A DNA stretch of 63,072 bases, filler included, from Intoshia linei (taxonomy: Eukaryota > Animalia > Orthonectida), in assembly GCA_001642005.1 (NCBI GenBank). It is 9 parts of 9 records of this genome, joined end to end, with 100 filler letters (N's around TTAATTAATTAA, not from the genome) between each part and the next. Parts side by side here need not be neighbours in the genome. Positions count along the whole stretch, not along the records: positions 16,611 to 34,917 come from LWCA01000781.1; positions 35,018 to 39,664 come from LWCA01001898.1; 7 more parts are not named here. One strand, 5' to 3'. Shown in pieces: positions 26,345 to 39,764 of the stretch. Each line of letters opens with the position of its first letter. The first letter of the stretch is position 1. The translations under genes and the position numbers were made by a program. The notes beneath the pieces are model-generated. The model did not search any database, was not told where the DNA came from, and saw only the letters and a program-made list of their open reading frames with translations.

Positions 26345-28230
26345 TGTGTCCATAACTACTAATTTTAACAAAATTATGTATTTTTATAAGTACTAAATAC
26401 TTTATAAATACCATAGATAAATTTAGTCAATATTTTATTTGTAATTTTTCACTTTCTTGATAAATTTATATTTTATAATAACTCATTTTATATCGTTTAA
26501 TTTGGATCACTTCAAATTTATTAATTAATAAAAATTAATTATTTTTTTAATTNTAATGATAATCTGTGATACATGTAATGTGAATACGGGCAAAAAAAAT
26601 GGAGTGGTAAAAATGCTCTATGATAATGTTTTTAATAAGAAAGTGAAGTATTATAAGTACCAACGCCATATATTGGATAGACTCCTTAGAATATACATGG
26701 ATGGAATATTTGACCCTTTTACAATAAGTCCAAACATTAACTACTTGTTTGTATCATGGTTAATGTCGATTTATGACAACCTTATTCAACAATACGTAGA
26801 AAAAATTAATGTACCACAAAGCACTATTTGGTGTAGAGGCGATTATGCTGAATTAGAAAAATTAGTTAATTCCTATAAAATGTTAAAAGTTTCTGGAAAT
26901 AAACCAAAAATAAAATTTAATAAATTTCCAAATCTCTCAAGTGCTAGATTAATCATTCATTCAATCATAAGATTAATTAATAGAAAGAATTAATCATGGA
27001 TGCCATTCAAAAATTGAACTACTATATAATTAAAAAAATTTCGAAAATGTCTAAATACTTTACAAGAAAATATGCAAACATCTTTCTTTTGAATTTTTGT
27101 AAAAATTGTTATTTTTACATAGTAATCTACAACTTTTAAATATAAATTTTACGAAAATATGATAAATTATCCAATCATATTTGTTAATAAAGTAATTTTC
27201 AATATTTTTTTATTAAAAATTTATTTTTCTTTGCGCAACTCAACTCAACCAGAAATTTTTGTGTGAAAATTAAACTCACATAGTAGTTTAAATATGAATA
27301 ATAGCTTAATTTTTCCTACCTCAACAAGAAACTCGCAAAATTTCTACTTTTTGAAACACCCTAGTGTCCATAAGTACTTATTTTAATAAAAGTACGTATT
27401 TTTATAAGTATTAAATACGTACTCCATAAGTACTCCATAAATACCATTAATAATTTTAGTTAATATTTTACTTGTAATTTTTCACTTTCTTAATAAAGTT
27501 AAGTTTTAATAAATTTATATTTTATAAAAACACATTTTATATCGTTTAATTTAGATGACTTCAAATTTATTAATTAATAAAAATTAATTATTTTTTAATT
27601 ATGCCATAAAAATATAATTGTAAAGAGAGTTTATTGATTTTTACCAACATTTCGATTAATTATAATTTGAATTAATTATAAGTCTATTAAATTAATAGAC
27701 TAAATAGTAAAAGATTAATTTATTATTAACCGTGTACGTCAATTGTTATTAACATTTTTTGATTCACGTATAATCAATAAATGTGATGAAATTTAAGAGC
27801 TATTAAGTTTAAATACGACAATTTATAAGGATTAAATTTTANACTAAATAGTAAAAGATTAATTTATTATTAACATTTTTTGATTCACGTATAATCAATG
27901 AGTGTGATGAAATTTAAAAGCTATTAAGTTTAAATACGACAATTTATAAAGATTAAATTTTATGTTCAGTGAAAAACATTAAAATCCGTAATTATGTTAA
28001 GGGAAAATTGTATTGATTTTACCAAAATTTGCAAAATGATAGTAAATTATGTAAAAAAATGATTTCCAATGATAAATATCAATAAAACTTATATTTACAT
28101 TTCATATTTAAATTGTTCATTCTTTCAATATCAAATCGCTAGAACTTTTAATTCCAATTTTATTGTTCTTTTTGTTTCTAAGACATTTCGAAAAGTACGT
28201 ATTTAGTACTTATAAAATCTGGACACTCTA
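26345..28230 (+). mobile_element. Rearranged hATm-like transposon region with a transposase fragment (ORF 26556-26993)
   Basis: DTCNVNTGKKNG..QRHILD motifs. Terminal motif GTGTCCA..AAGTACT..ATACGTAC forward at ~26345 and ~27362, inverted at ~28195-28230; a related end occurs at ~55180. Confidence 0.65.
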
Positions 28231-28518
28231 ATTAAAGTATACATATGTAATAATAAATATTATATAATGTGTGTTTATAAGTATGCATTTGTGTCTGAAT
28301 TTATGTTTGTGGTTTGTTATACTAGCTTGACTGTTATGTACTTCGTACAAACAGCATCCTAGCTTTGCCGATGTGGGACTTTTTAATTTTAAATCTTTTT
28401 TTACAGTTTCACACTTTATCGTTTTATTTTGCTTGTTTAAAATCACTTGAAATTCATATAAAAACATTAAAAAAAGTAATTTATCATCAAATTTTATACT
28501 AGAGGATTTAGTTTAGAG

Positions 28519-29480
28519 CAGTGTTTCCCAACCTTTTTTACAAATTGTATCATATTAGTTGGTTTAATCATTAGTTAAATGAATAAATTAACAAGGAAGT
28601 AAGGCTTGATAAGCATACCGACTGACATTTTGTAAATTAAATGGAATTTAATGGTTGTATAAAGTAATTAAATTCAATGCACAAAATAAAAAGAGCGTGT
28701 TTTAGAATCGCTCATAGAAAAAAGTAGGCCCTCATGGTTGCGTTTATTTAATTATGCTTGTTATCATTTTTTACGTTCTATGTATTATGTACTATTAATT
28801 TGTTATCGGACTTAACCTTGTTGACAATCGAAAGAAACTTGCTGAAAATATCGCTTTTGATGCAGTTGTTGAAAAATTTAGTAGAATGAAAACTAGAAAA
28901 AAATATAAATTATCATTTACAGCAGGCACTCTCAACTCATCTCAACATCATTATCATAAAATAAATGTATCCTTGTGCTAGCTAAAAACAAATCAAACTG
29001 GAGGTAATAATAAACCAACCTATTAAAAATTTTTACCTTATTAATAAGATATGATGCAATTGATCATATGAAACATTCAGAATTTACAATAAGTTGTCAA
29101 TTCTGTAAAAAAAACAAGAGAATCATTTCCTTTGAGTTCAATTTATATTTATGAATAAAACATTTTAACTTTCATTTTTTCGAGAAACCTCCAATGTTTT
29201 TAATATTATTGTTATTAATAATTGCGTTATTATAAACATTTATAAACAACCGAGAAAACAAAATGGAAGTTTGTTTTGAAAAAATTCCTTTACAATTTGA
29301 ACTATCACGACGTTAACTATGAAAAAGTGACTTTATGTTTTGAAAATATGACGTTAGTTATAAGATTATAAGAAAAAACGACTTTATAAAACTGAAAATG
29401 TATAATATGTAATAAATGTATATAATTTTCATGGACCCCAAAAAAGTGATGTGGACCCTGTTGAGAATGTCTGATTTACA
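28519..29480 (+). mobile_element. Nested hAT remnants including a Tip100/ZMYM1-like transposase C-terminus
   Basis: CAGTGTTTCCCAACC end; 28803-28905 reads, across a frameshift, LSDLTLLTIE..AENIAFDAVVEKFSRMKTRK. Confidence 0.55.
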
Positions 29481-29487
29481 GTACTGT

Positions 29488-30600
29488 ACTTATATAAAAA
29501 TGAATGTCTATATCTGTGTGTGTAACCATTTATTGAAAAAATTGACAGTCGTAGAATTTAAAAAACCACAAATCTAATAGTTTTACCCAGGATGTGTTTT
29601 TATCTATTTTTTAGTATCAGATTTGAGCCCTTCAGGGTCAAACCCAAAATTTTTCTCTTTTGTTTAAAAAAATCAATCCAAAAATGAAATAATTCAATAA
29701 TTGCGTAGCAATAAAAAAAATCACGAAGGAATCAATTATATAGATTTCCACCCATATCTATTTATGGGAAATGTGTAGACGTTCAATGCACATTTTTTTT
29801 GAAATTATAGGATCATTATTTTACATTTTCATTTTTGTAATTTTAATCCAAAATTTTAAAAATATTGGTTGATATCATATTAAAAATTATTTTTCACCGA
29901 GAATGCATAGACTTGTGGGGTTGAAATTTTGTATTTATATAAAATGGAATAAGCTCTATCAGAATAATCTTTTTTTAATTGTAGGACCATTAATTATTTT
30001 AAATTTTTTGTTTTAATAATTTAATTTAATAAATTTTAATAAAATAGTTTCGAAATAAAATAAAATTAATAGTAAAGTACTTTTTTGACCCTGAAATGTC
30101 CCTTGTCATATTGAAATTTTTTGTGTGTGATAACTGAATATAGCTCTATTAACTGTAATTTTTTTTATTTTTTAAAAAAAGGTAGTCTAGGGTTTTGATA
30201 GTGAAAATGCACTTTTTTAAGGTTGTCGTTTATGGTAATACTGATAGTTTTAAAAAATATCAGAGAATTTGTATTTTATAAAATTTTAGGACATTTTATT
30301 TTCAAAACAAAGCGTAATTTGTATTTTGATCATGAACGTGTACGTTTATGAGGCTGAGATTTACAACGCGTCCTAGAATTTATGTTTTATGAACGTTTTT
30401 GGTTGATTTTATTTTTAAACAAAAAGGCAAATTGGGTTTTTGATCATGAAGGACGCAAATTCTGAAACTGAAAAATAAATATCAATATTCCTGCGAAAAA
30501 TTAAAATAGAAATTGGGTTTATTTAAATTCTACGATTGTCAATTTTTTTAATATACGGTAACATACACACATACATTAAATTTAATTTAAGTAAAGATTC
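29488..30600. mobile_element. Best-preserved foldback-like element, with imperfect terminal inverted repeats of roughly 150-170 bp
   Basis: Left GTGTAACCATTTATTGAAAAAATTGACAGTCGTAGAATTTAAAAAACC matches the reverse complement of right GGGTTTATTTAAATTCTACGATTGTCAATTTTTTTAATATACGGTAACATACAC. Confidence 0.75.
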
Positions 30601-30724
30601 CTTAATTTATAATTTTCACCTTATATTATTTAGACAAAAAATCAGGAAACGTTTGTTATTGGAGGTACAGATGGCTCATTACATCACATTGTGTATTATT
30701 ATAGTAAATATTATTAATTTATTT

Positions 30725-31648
30725 TTAAAATACAGAATTTTTCGTAACTGGTAAATTTTCACTGTCAGAATTTGAAGTATTCGATTTATTTAATTGAATA
30801 TCCGAAATATCGACATTACTTCTACTACCATCATTTGTACTACATTTGCCACTAGATCCAGTTTGTATTAAATTGGTCGATGGGGTTGATTCAATGCCTG
30901 GTAAAAAACTTGTAGTTTGATGTTGATCGTGTGTCCAAATACTCTCATAAACATGATGTAGCGACGGTAAATTTTGCATGGCCATATCAGGAGGAATATA
31001 CGCATGATGTGGTTTTAAGTGAGAACATTGACCAGGAGGTGGCATTCTAAACGGATCACAAACATAATGTTGCCGATTAGATCGTTGGCCTGGTCCACGG
31101 TATAAATATCTTTTATAATTTGCATCATCGGCTTTTAAATTTTGATTCATGTTATGATAGTTAAATTGGTACATATTGCTCATTTTACTTTCTTGAATGC
31201 TAAAATTAAAATGTCATTACATAAGACATGTGTCAGTCCAATTGGAATATTTATTGACATTGTGAAATAATTTTTCAAATTAGGATAGTAAAAAAATACA
31301 AAATATGGCGGTCAACCCTATTATTCTGGAATAAAAATTTATCGTGTCAAAAGTATTAAAACAAAAAATATATAATTTTCAAAGTGGGGGCATAAATCAG
31401 GGATTCTATAAATTTGACATCCATGATTTCATCCGCATGATTTTATTTGTTTTTTGTAACATAACAATACATATTTATATATTTAATTATACCTAGGAAT
31501 GCGCACATTTTTAAAAGAAGAATGTTGATAATTTAATGGGATATTGCGTTTGTCTCTTTGACGTCTATTTTTAAACCAATTACGGATTTTGGATGTTGAT
31601 AAATCCGAACTCATCGATAATTCGTTTATTGTAGCCACAGATGGATAC
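30725..31648 (-). CDS. SIX-class (K50) homeobox gene, last two coding exons
   Basis: Exon 31493-31648 reads YPSVATINELSMSSDLSTSKIRNWFKNRRQRDKR and splices in frame to exon 30725-31199 (P/S-rich tail). SIX-domain exons were not identified. Confidence 0.8.
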
Positions 31649-32462
31649 CTTTAATTCGTATATCAACATAATAATATGATAAGTAATATTTAGTGTAGTA
31701 AAAAGAATGGATTTTTTCCTTCCAATTAAAAAATTATTTAAAAAAAAAGGTTATAAAAATAGTATAAAATTAGATGAATCAAAAATTTTAAAAATAAACC
31801 ACTTTACGTGATCTTGATGCACACAAGACTCTACCTGGTAGTAAAAATATTACCTTTATACAATGTATTTTAACATTTTAAATTTTAAAACAGTCATCCA
31901 AATGTAATGCAGTTTGTCACTATACTAGCTATGAAAATGGTTTAATGGTTAAAATTTCCAGAGAAAAACGGGTATAATATGCTTTAAATCAGTGGTTCCC
32001 AATTATGGGTCCATGGACCCCTTAGGACTTTAAAACTATATGCATTCGTGTCCGATAGATTCAAATAAAATATAAAAAAAAATTTATCAACTTTTTTTAA
32101 TTTCAGAATTTAGACGTATTTATGACAGAGTTGCCAGATGTTGTGAAATTATCCTAAAGCCTAGACGACGCAACATTATTAATTAAAAAATCTTACTTTT
32201 ATCCCACCATTAATAAAATTTAATAAAAAATTCGATTTTACCAAATCCCAGCAACAACTTCTTAATCCAATACCAAAAATAAAAAATCAATTTTACCAAC
32301 CTAACTTAAGGGAAATATATCCCTGGGAAATATTGAATCGGGAAACACTGCTCTAGATTCTAGAAATTGTGAAAATAAAATAATCGAAAGTGAATACAGT
32401 AGTCGTGATATAATTAAAATAATTAGTCATTATAATGAAACAATTTTAGACAATGTGTTCAT

Positions 32463-33334
32463 TAGGGCTATTCCATTTTCTAATATAAAAATATAAAAAT
32501 GACAAATATATAAACTGAGCGCCGCTTAATTTGCTGCAAAATGATATTAATATATTTAATTTTTATCTAAAAAAACCCCGCATCTAGAAGTTTAAAGTTT
32601 TCATTTTATGTTTTTTCAGTTAGTTTATTGAAAAGTTTCACATCATTGCCAATTAATCCGTTGTGTTAATAAATTTAAATAATACAAATTTTCATTTTAT
32701 CTGAATTAATAACATTTTTAAAAATGTCGAATATTGAAATGATATCATCATTTGAAAGTTTACAAGAAATGTCTGAAATATTTTCATATTTTGTTGAATC
32801 AAACGGTATAATAATGACATTGACACAAAAGTGATGAATTAATTTTATTATTTTTAAAATTGTTTTACTCTTAATATTATAAACTTAACAAAATGATTTT
32901 TTTACAATAGTACTTAAAAAATATTTGAGTAGAAGCATTTAAAATAATATTTTGATCCAGTTCATATAATTTCATGTCTTTTTTTCAAATATAATTTTTT
33001 AAAAATAACGTAAAGTTTGTCCATTAACTGTGTCTAAAATATGTCAAAATACGATTTTTTATTGATTTTTTTAAATTAATATGATTAGTGTCACATGATC
33101 TATTATATCTTAAAATTATAACAAATGCATGGCAACTACGGGGGGAGGAGGGAAATGTTGCCATATTTTTTTACTATGAAAAATGTTAGGAAAACAAAAA
33201 AAAATAAAGACACGGAGTTTTTTGTGATGAAAATAAAAAAAAATTTTATATCATTCTGCAGCAAATTAAATGGAGATTATTATCTATATATCTTTTTTAA
33301 ATTTCAAATCAAAGTTCAAATTGGAATAGCCCTA
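32463..33334. mobile_element. Non-autonomous hAT-type element
   Basis: TIR TAGGGCTATTCCA/TGGAATAGCCCTA, subterminal inverted TTAATTTGCTGCA.AATGATAT, and an 8-bp TSD with one mismatch (GTGTTCAT/TTGTTCAT). Confidence 0.8.
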
Positions 33335-33581
33335 TTGTTCATATATTTTCGTATACCTTCGATTTCTAAACAGATTAAAATTGTCTAAAATTGGCATTGT
33401 ATACAATTTTTTGGTTCCTTTGTTTTCTGTCCTCTGTCCATTGCTTAATCAAGCGATTATTGGTTAACTTTTTATCAGTGTTATCCTGCAGGAGTCAAAA
33501 AATTTTTCTCAAATCACTATTAAGTTAATAGTCATTTAATGTATTAATTAGTAGAGCTTCTTCACGAGCATGTATACAATA

Positions 33582-34917
33582 CAGTGCGCGACATAAGTCT
33601 TAGGCACCCCCATTGTAATTAATTTAAACACTCCTGGTTCATGATTTAAGACATTTTCTTATATCATATCTAGTGTATGATTAAGAACAAATATTTAACA
33701 ACCCTAAAAAAGTAAAAACTATAAAAAAAATTTAATAATCAATGAAATATAGGTATTTTTAATTAAAATTACAAAATTCCGAGCGACATAAGTCTTAGGC
33801 ACCTTAATAATTTAAATTAAACTAAATTAAATTTCAATAAAAACTAAAATGTAATGATCTATAAATGAAATATTATTATTTTTTTAGTAAATGACGCCCA
33901 TAAATTACGAAAAAAATGCAATGTTGTGTCCTTATTCAAGGAAGGTAAAAGTCAGGTTTTTATAAATAAAACCTTAATAATGTCCCGATGTGCGGTTCAA
34001 AATATAATGAAATAATATAAAAAGTGGTTAGGCATAGCTGACTTGCTAAGATCATGTAGAAAACGCATGCTAACATTTAGGGAAAAGGCTATTATAAAAA
34101 GGGAATCAATTAAAAACCCATTCTTGACAGCTTTGGAGGTCAAACACCACTTGAATAATTCCAAAAATTCAATTTGAGGACGGTGGAACGTGTATTATAT
34201 AAATTTGGATTATATGGAAGAATTGCAAGTCGAAAACCGTTTCTGAAATGAAATGATTAAAGCGTTTAAAATGGTGTAAAGCAAAAGTGGCATGGACGAA
34301 CCAATGGAAAAATGTAGCCTTTACTGATGAACGTAGATTTGAATTGTTTTTAAAAAGGAGAGTATATGTACGAAGACCCAAAAAAACAACGTTTTTGTCA
34401 AGGTACACAAGTAGAAGCATAAAACATAGTCAATCAATTATGATTTGGGGAGGTATTAGGGCAGATGGAAAAAGAATATTGATTAAATGTGAAGGAAAAG
34501 TAAACGCTCAAGAATACCAGAGAATCCTTGGAAAAGCAAATGAGTAAAATTTATTTCATGGAGTGAAGATGCAGCAAGATAAATCACCGTTCCATACATC
34601 AAAGATAACCCACCGATTTATCAGGGTAAATCGTATAAAAACATTAAAAGATTGGCCCGTGTAAAGCCCAGATCTAAATATTATCCAATATATGTGAAAA
34701 ATTTTGAAAGATAAAATTTATAAGCTACATCCAACCAATTTAGAAGAACTGTGGAGATTTATACAAGAAGAATGGGACCGCGTACCTCTAGAAACTATTC
34801 AAGGTTTGTATGTCTCATTGCCCAGAAGAATTGCATCAGTTATACAAAATAAAGGATGGAATATTAAATATTAGTAATTTTATATATATTTATCTAATAT
34901 TTTCATTTAATTAACAT
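33582..34917 (+). mobile_element. Tc1-family element with decayed transposase, truncated by a spacer
   Basis: TA-CAGTGCGCGACATAAGTCTTAGGCACC end, with the motif repeated at ~33785 (IR/DR type). Motifs WKNVAFTDE, SIMIWGGI, MQQD, WPV*SPDLNII, with stops and frameshifts. Confidence 0.92.
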
Positions 34918-35767
34918 NNNNNNNNNNNNNNNNNNNNNNNNNNNNNNNNNNNNNNNNNNNNTTAATTAATTAANNNNNNNNNNNNNNNNNNNNNNNNNNN
35001 NNNNNNNNNNNNNNNNNCAACAAAATTAGAAACTATTTTCCATTGCAAAAATAAATACTTATACATTTGTGGTTATATTCACTTAATCCTAAATTTATAT
35101 TCATATTGTACAACCAATTCTATTATGAATATTCTAAATAATTGGTCCCTTGACATATTGTACAGAAACCACTGTATTAAAATTTAAAAATTTGTTTAAT
35201 ATTAATAGTTCATTAACTTTATCATCTCGAAAAACTGGAGTACTCCATCTCATTTGGCCATCATTCGTTTCACAAAAATGTAATGATTCATTAAAAATTG
35301 TAATTATTATTAATTTTTTGGGGGCTCCACAGGTTTTTTGTAATATCATTTTAGGGGTCCACAGCGAAAAAGAGTTGAGAACGCCTGATGTAAATGATGG
35401 AGCTTTATGCAATATATTGAGTTTTATGAAAAAAATTGTAAGTTATGCAAATTAATTTATTCTTTTTTAAAGACGATGTTTTATTAATTTGACTAAGTAA
35501 ATCAACAACATTTTCGTAGTTAACAGATCACCATATGTCTATCAATATTATTTCGTTTTATCTATTTGACATAATAATACAAATAATAGCAAGTGTTGTT
35601 ATTTTTTATCCAGTGAAGATGAATTATGAAACAGTGTATAATATCTGTATATCTTATACTGTAGTAAAGATTTTCAATAAGCGACAACAAATATAAAATC
35701 TTTACTTTTTTGTTATATGCCGTAATCCTAATGGAAAAAAGGTTGAGAAACACTGCTTAACTTATCT

Positions 35768-36516
35768 TAGTGATTGTGATTTCCCGCGAAAAATAAATAT
35801 TTTTTATTTATATATAATATAGAAGCATTAAAAATTTTAGAGACCTTAATTAATTTTAGAAACAAAAAGAATTTAATTAATGAAATAACACGAATCTAGA
35901 TTGAAATTTACAAATTTAATTAGAAAAAATTTTATTTATTTTAAATTGTTGAAAAAGTGTTTCAAAACACACATAATATTGATAGATTCGTCTTTTAAAC
36001 GGGTTCTACGTTTTGTAAAGAAATTAGAAGCAGTAGAGAAATTTCTTTCATTTTGTGTTGACGTAGGTTCAACGATCATAAGGGCTTCTTTTAATTTTAA
36101 TAATCTTGATAATAGCGTTCTATTTCGTAACAACTCATAATATTTTTTAAAATAATATTGGAAGAGGATAATTCCCTTAAGCGTTATTAATTTGTGGTTG
36201 GAAGGTTTTTAAAAAAAAAATATTTTTTTATTAAGGACTAGAAAATAATATTTTTTATTTGTGGTTTGATGAAGTGGATTTTTTTCATAAGATTTTGTAA
36301 AATCGAATTTTTGAAAAGAATATCGGTGTAAAACAATTTTTCCATGAGGGCGTGAAATGGTATTTTTGATTAAATTTTATTAGTGGTGGGATTTTAAATA
36401 TTATAATATAATCATATTTTCATAGTAATAACAAACATAAATCAAATACAGGTATGCCTCAATTTTTTTCGGGAAATCGTAAAAATCCCGGAAATTTTGT
36501 CCCGGCACAATCACTA
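35768..36516 (-). mobile_element. Deleted hAT element retaining the C-terminal dimerisation region
   Basis: TIR TAGTGATTGTG/CACAATCACTA; ORF 35936-36133 reads PTSTQNERNFSTASNFFTKRRTRLKD. Related subterminal repeats at ~32230, ~42100-42340 and ~61470-61560. Confidence 0.75.
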
Positions 36517-37271
36517 CTTACTCTTAGCATAGCCAAATAAATGACGATACTAATATTCTTTGACTCTTTAAATTAGTCAAACTATTTTTATGTGAAGAAA
36601 TGTACATTATTATTATTATTTCCTGAGATAATTTAACATAAATGTGTATAATATTTAAACAATTTAGATGAATTGATATATTCAAAACTACACACTGGCA
36701 CAATACCAAGTCTCCCAATCCTCCACAATCTCATTGCCACCGGTTTGAAATAATGGTTTTCAGAAACAATGACACATTAATATAGAAATAATATGATAAT
36801 GTACAAGATAAATAAAAATTTGTATATTTGAAAATTTCTTGAATTAAATGTTTCACTAATGTATTCTTGAAATATATAAAAATGCAAACATGTGCCAACC
36901 TACTAATGTAAATAGAATAAGGCTAAATTAAAAACTGATCCCATTGTTTGATTTACATTCCATGGCGATATTTTAACTAGTTAGGCAACACGTCTATAAA
37001 TTTTGCAATTAAAAATTGAATGGTTGCGAGAATATTGGCTTTGTTTTAATATTTATCCAATTTTGTGCGTTATTTTTAACAATATTTTTAGCTCAAATTT
37101 TCATGGTTCTTCTAGCAACTAATTATAGTCATATAAATACCATGGTTATTTTGAAAATTGGCAATTCGTGATAAATTTTTGCATGCCAACCATTTAGATA
37201 TCTTGGCGACCTTATTTGTCGATCATTTTGTACAATTTACTTTTATCCTCAGGTCTGGCCAATTTTAACAA

Positions 37272-38410
37272 ATGATAAACGGATATGAAGCAAACCACCA
37301 AACTCGAGTAATCAATGTGATGGCGGATCGGAATTTTCTGTATTATCGGCGTAGTGCTAATGTTAATATGCAAGACTTGCACAATACTGAAAAATTGTGC
37401 ATGAATGTATTATCAAATGATCCTCGTAATGTGTCAGCACTGTTACTCTTGGCTACCCTTTACCTTAGAAGTGGAAGTTTGGAAAAGTAAAACATTGTAT
37501 ACGTTTATATTTGATTTTATCTAGAGCAATGAGATATGCTAATCTGGTCATTGATCGCAATCCAACCATACCAGAACCTTATGATTTACGCGGCAATATT
37601 TTTCGTACTGCCGGAAATTTAAAATTAGCAGTCGATAATTATCGTTATTCCGTTCACGTCAGAAGCGATTATGTGAGTGGTTATATCAATTTGGGTGGAG
37701 CTTATGTTGCTAATGAACAACTCCAAGCTGCAATTGAAAGTTACTCGACTGTACTTCGTATAAATCCCGTAAGTTATATTACGTGCTCATTTTAACGTTT
37801 TTTTAGAATCTTTACTGTGTCAGAAGTGATTTAGGAAACGTGTTTAAAATATTGGGGAAGTTGGAAGAAGCCAAGGTAGAATATAGTTGAGATTTTTAAC
37901 ATAAAAAATCAGAAATTGTGACCATTTTGGCACAATTTCTCAACTTGCCATTGCAATGTTGATCTATTTTAGCTAAATGTGTTTTTTATTTTTCCGTGCG
38001 TTCAATCTTTTTTATTTGGTATAAGGGTCATTTTTAATTGTGCTAAAATGTGTCAGTTTTTATTGAGATTTTTCAGAATTTATAACCTATTTACTCAAAT
38101 AACCTACCAAAGAAGTGAAGGTTAAGCCAGTTACGAGTTTACCTGTTCGGTGGAAAATTTCGATTGTAATTAAAGTTAGCCAACTCAACAGCTTCATAAA
38201 GTGAGTGATTCTTTCTCACGTTTTCAGGTTATACAACTGAGAACAATTTTATATAATTTATTTTTTTTTGTTTTTTATTTTCAAATTTTTTAGAGGTGTT
38301 ATCTAAAAGCAATTGAAACTAAACCGGAATTTGCTGTCGCTTGGAGCAATCTAGGATGTATTTTTAGTGCTCAAGGCGATGTGTGGCTAGCCATTCATCA
38401 TTTTGAAAAA
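37272..38410 (+). CDS. OGT: O-GlcNAc transferase, N-terminal TPR exons only
   Basis: Exons 37272-37486, 37525-37768, ~37807-37875 ([23 protein letters not shown]) and 38294-38410 ([38 protein letters not shown]). Confidence 0.93.
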
Positions 38411-39257
38411 GTAATTTTTTAAATTAGATGATTTAAGGGGCTAAGGGTAGATGTAATTTGATTTCGGTTAGTTGGTTTTTAATTATACTTGAAAAATAGT
38501 GGATACTTAATTTCAGATTTGATTATGTGTTATGTAAATGGTCAAAGGTCAAACATTACAAATTAAATACAGTATGTTACTATATAGAACAGTGATATCT
38601 AATAAGTGTGTTGTTTTAGCTAAAAAATTTATGAAATGATTTTAACATTTTAATCAAATGACGAAGATAAATTTTAAATTTCCATTAACAAAATTTAATA
38701 TTATTTTTATCTTAAAAAGATTTTTTAAATTATTTATTTTGTGAAATAGAAAAGTCACCCCAATGGACGATTCGTTCGCCGTTCAGAACCACTAGATAAA
38801 ATGTATTTTGGTTTTCGACTCTCTAAATCTATTTATTCTTAAATTAACGCTTTAATTTAACGAATTTTATGTAAAAATTTCAGTATATTCATATTTTCTA
38901 TATTCTCACTTGTAAATAAACAACTTGTGTAATGTATTATGCAACGTATACATTTGAATTTTATATAATCAAATTTGGATCATGAGATTATCGTATGTTT
39001 TTAATTTGTTTTGTTATTTCAGCTAGGTGTACAAAATTTGGAATAATTAAGGGGAATGTGCACTCCGTCCACTAATTATAACAACAGTCATATTTCTATC
39101 AATAAATATAATTACAATACTGGTAAGTTACCAGTGGTAACATCAAAAATTTGGCAGAATATAAAATTAACGAAATGCTATTACATGTTTATTTAAAAAT
39201 TGTGAAATTATTAGTTTTTGATCAATTTATACCATATTTAGTAAATTAGTGGAAATA

Positions 39258-39600
39258 TAGAGTGTCCACAATTATAACAACACAACTGTTTATTAATTAT
39301 AATAACTATAAATACTACATGAATACTTCTTTCAATAATTAATTGACTTTCATCCAACCTTTAATCTTTCCATTTTTTACAGAATCTGACAGTTTTGAAA
39401 ATGTTTCATTCAAAATTTCCTCCCATGAATCCATTACAGCTTTTGTTATATTAACCATTATACCCATAGTATTTTCTATAGGGTTGATATCTGGAGACAC
39501 AGCAGATCAGTCCAAATATTAAAAAAATGATAATTTAAAAATAATATTGTCGTCCTAGATTGGTGACAACTCGCATTATCGTATTGATAGATCAATTTTT
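39258..39600 (-). mobile_element. Tc1/mariner transposase 3' remnant
   Basis: Minus strand reads SAVSPDINPIEN...SWEEI...SVKNGKIK; terminal motif GTCCAC(T)AATTATAACAACA occurs twice (~39067, ~39264). Confidence 0.65.
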
Positions 39601-39764
39601 TTTAAATTTTAATTTTAATTATTAAATTAATTATTATTATATATATATATAATTATAAATATATNNNNNNNNNNNNNNNNNNNNNNNNNNNNNNNNNNNN
39701 NNNNNNNNTTAATTAATTAANNNNNNNNNNNNNNNNNNNNNNNNNNNNNNNNNNNNNNNNNNNN

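Noticed and set aside
27699-27962. Tandem duplication of roughly 120-140 bp; similar duplications at 26345-26552/27362-27600 and 44716-44914/45721-45920
   Set aside because: Each abuts a single N (27842, 26553, 44915), so contig-overlap or haplotype artefacts are as likely as real duplication.
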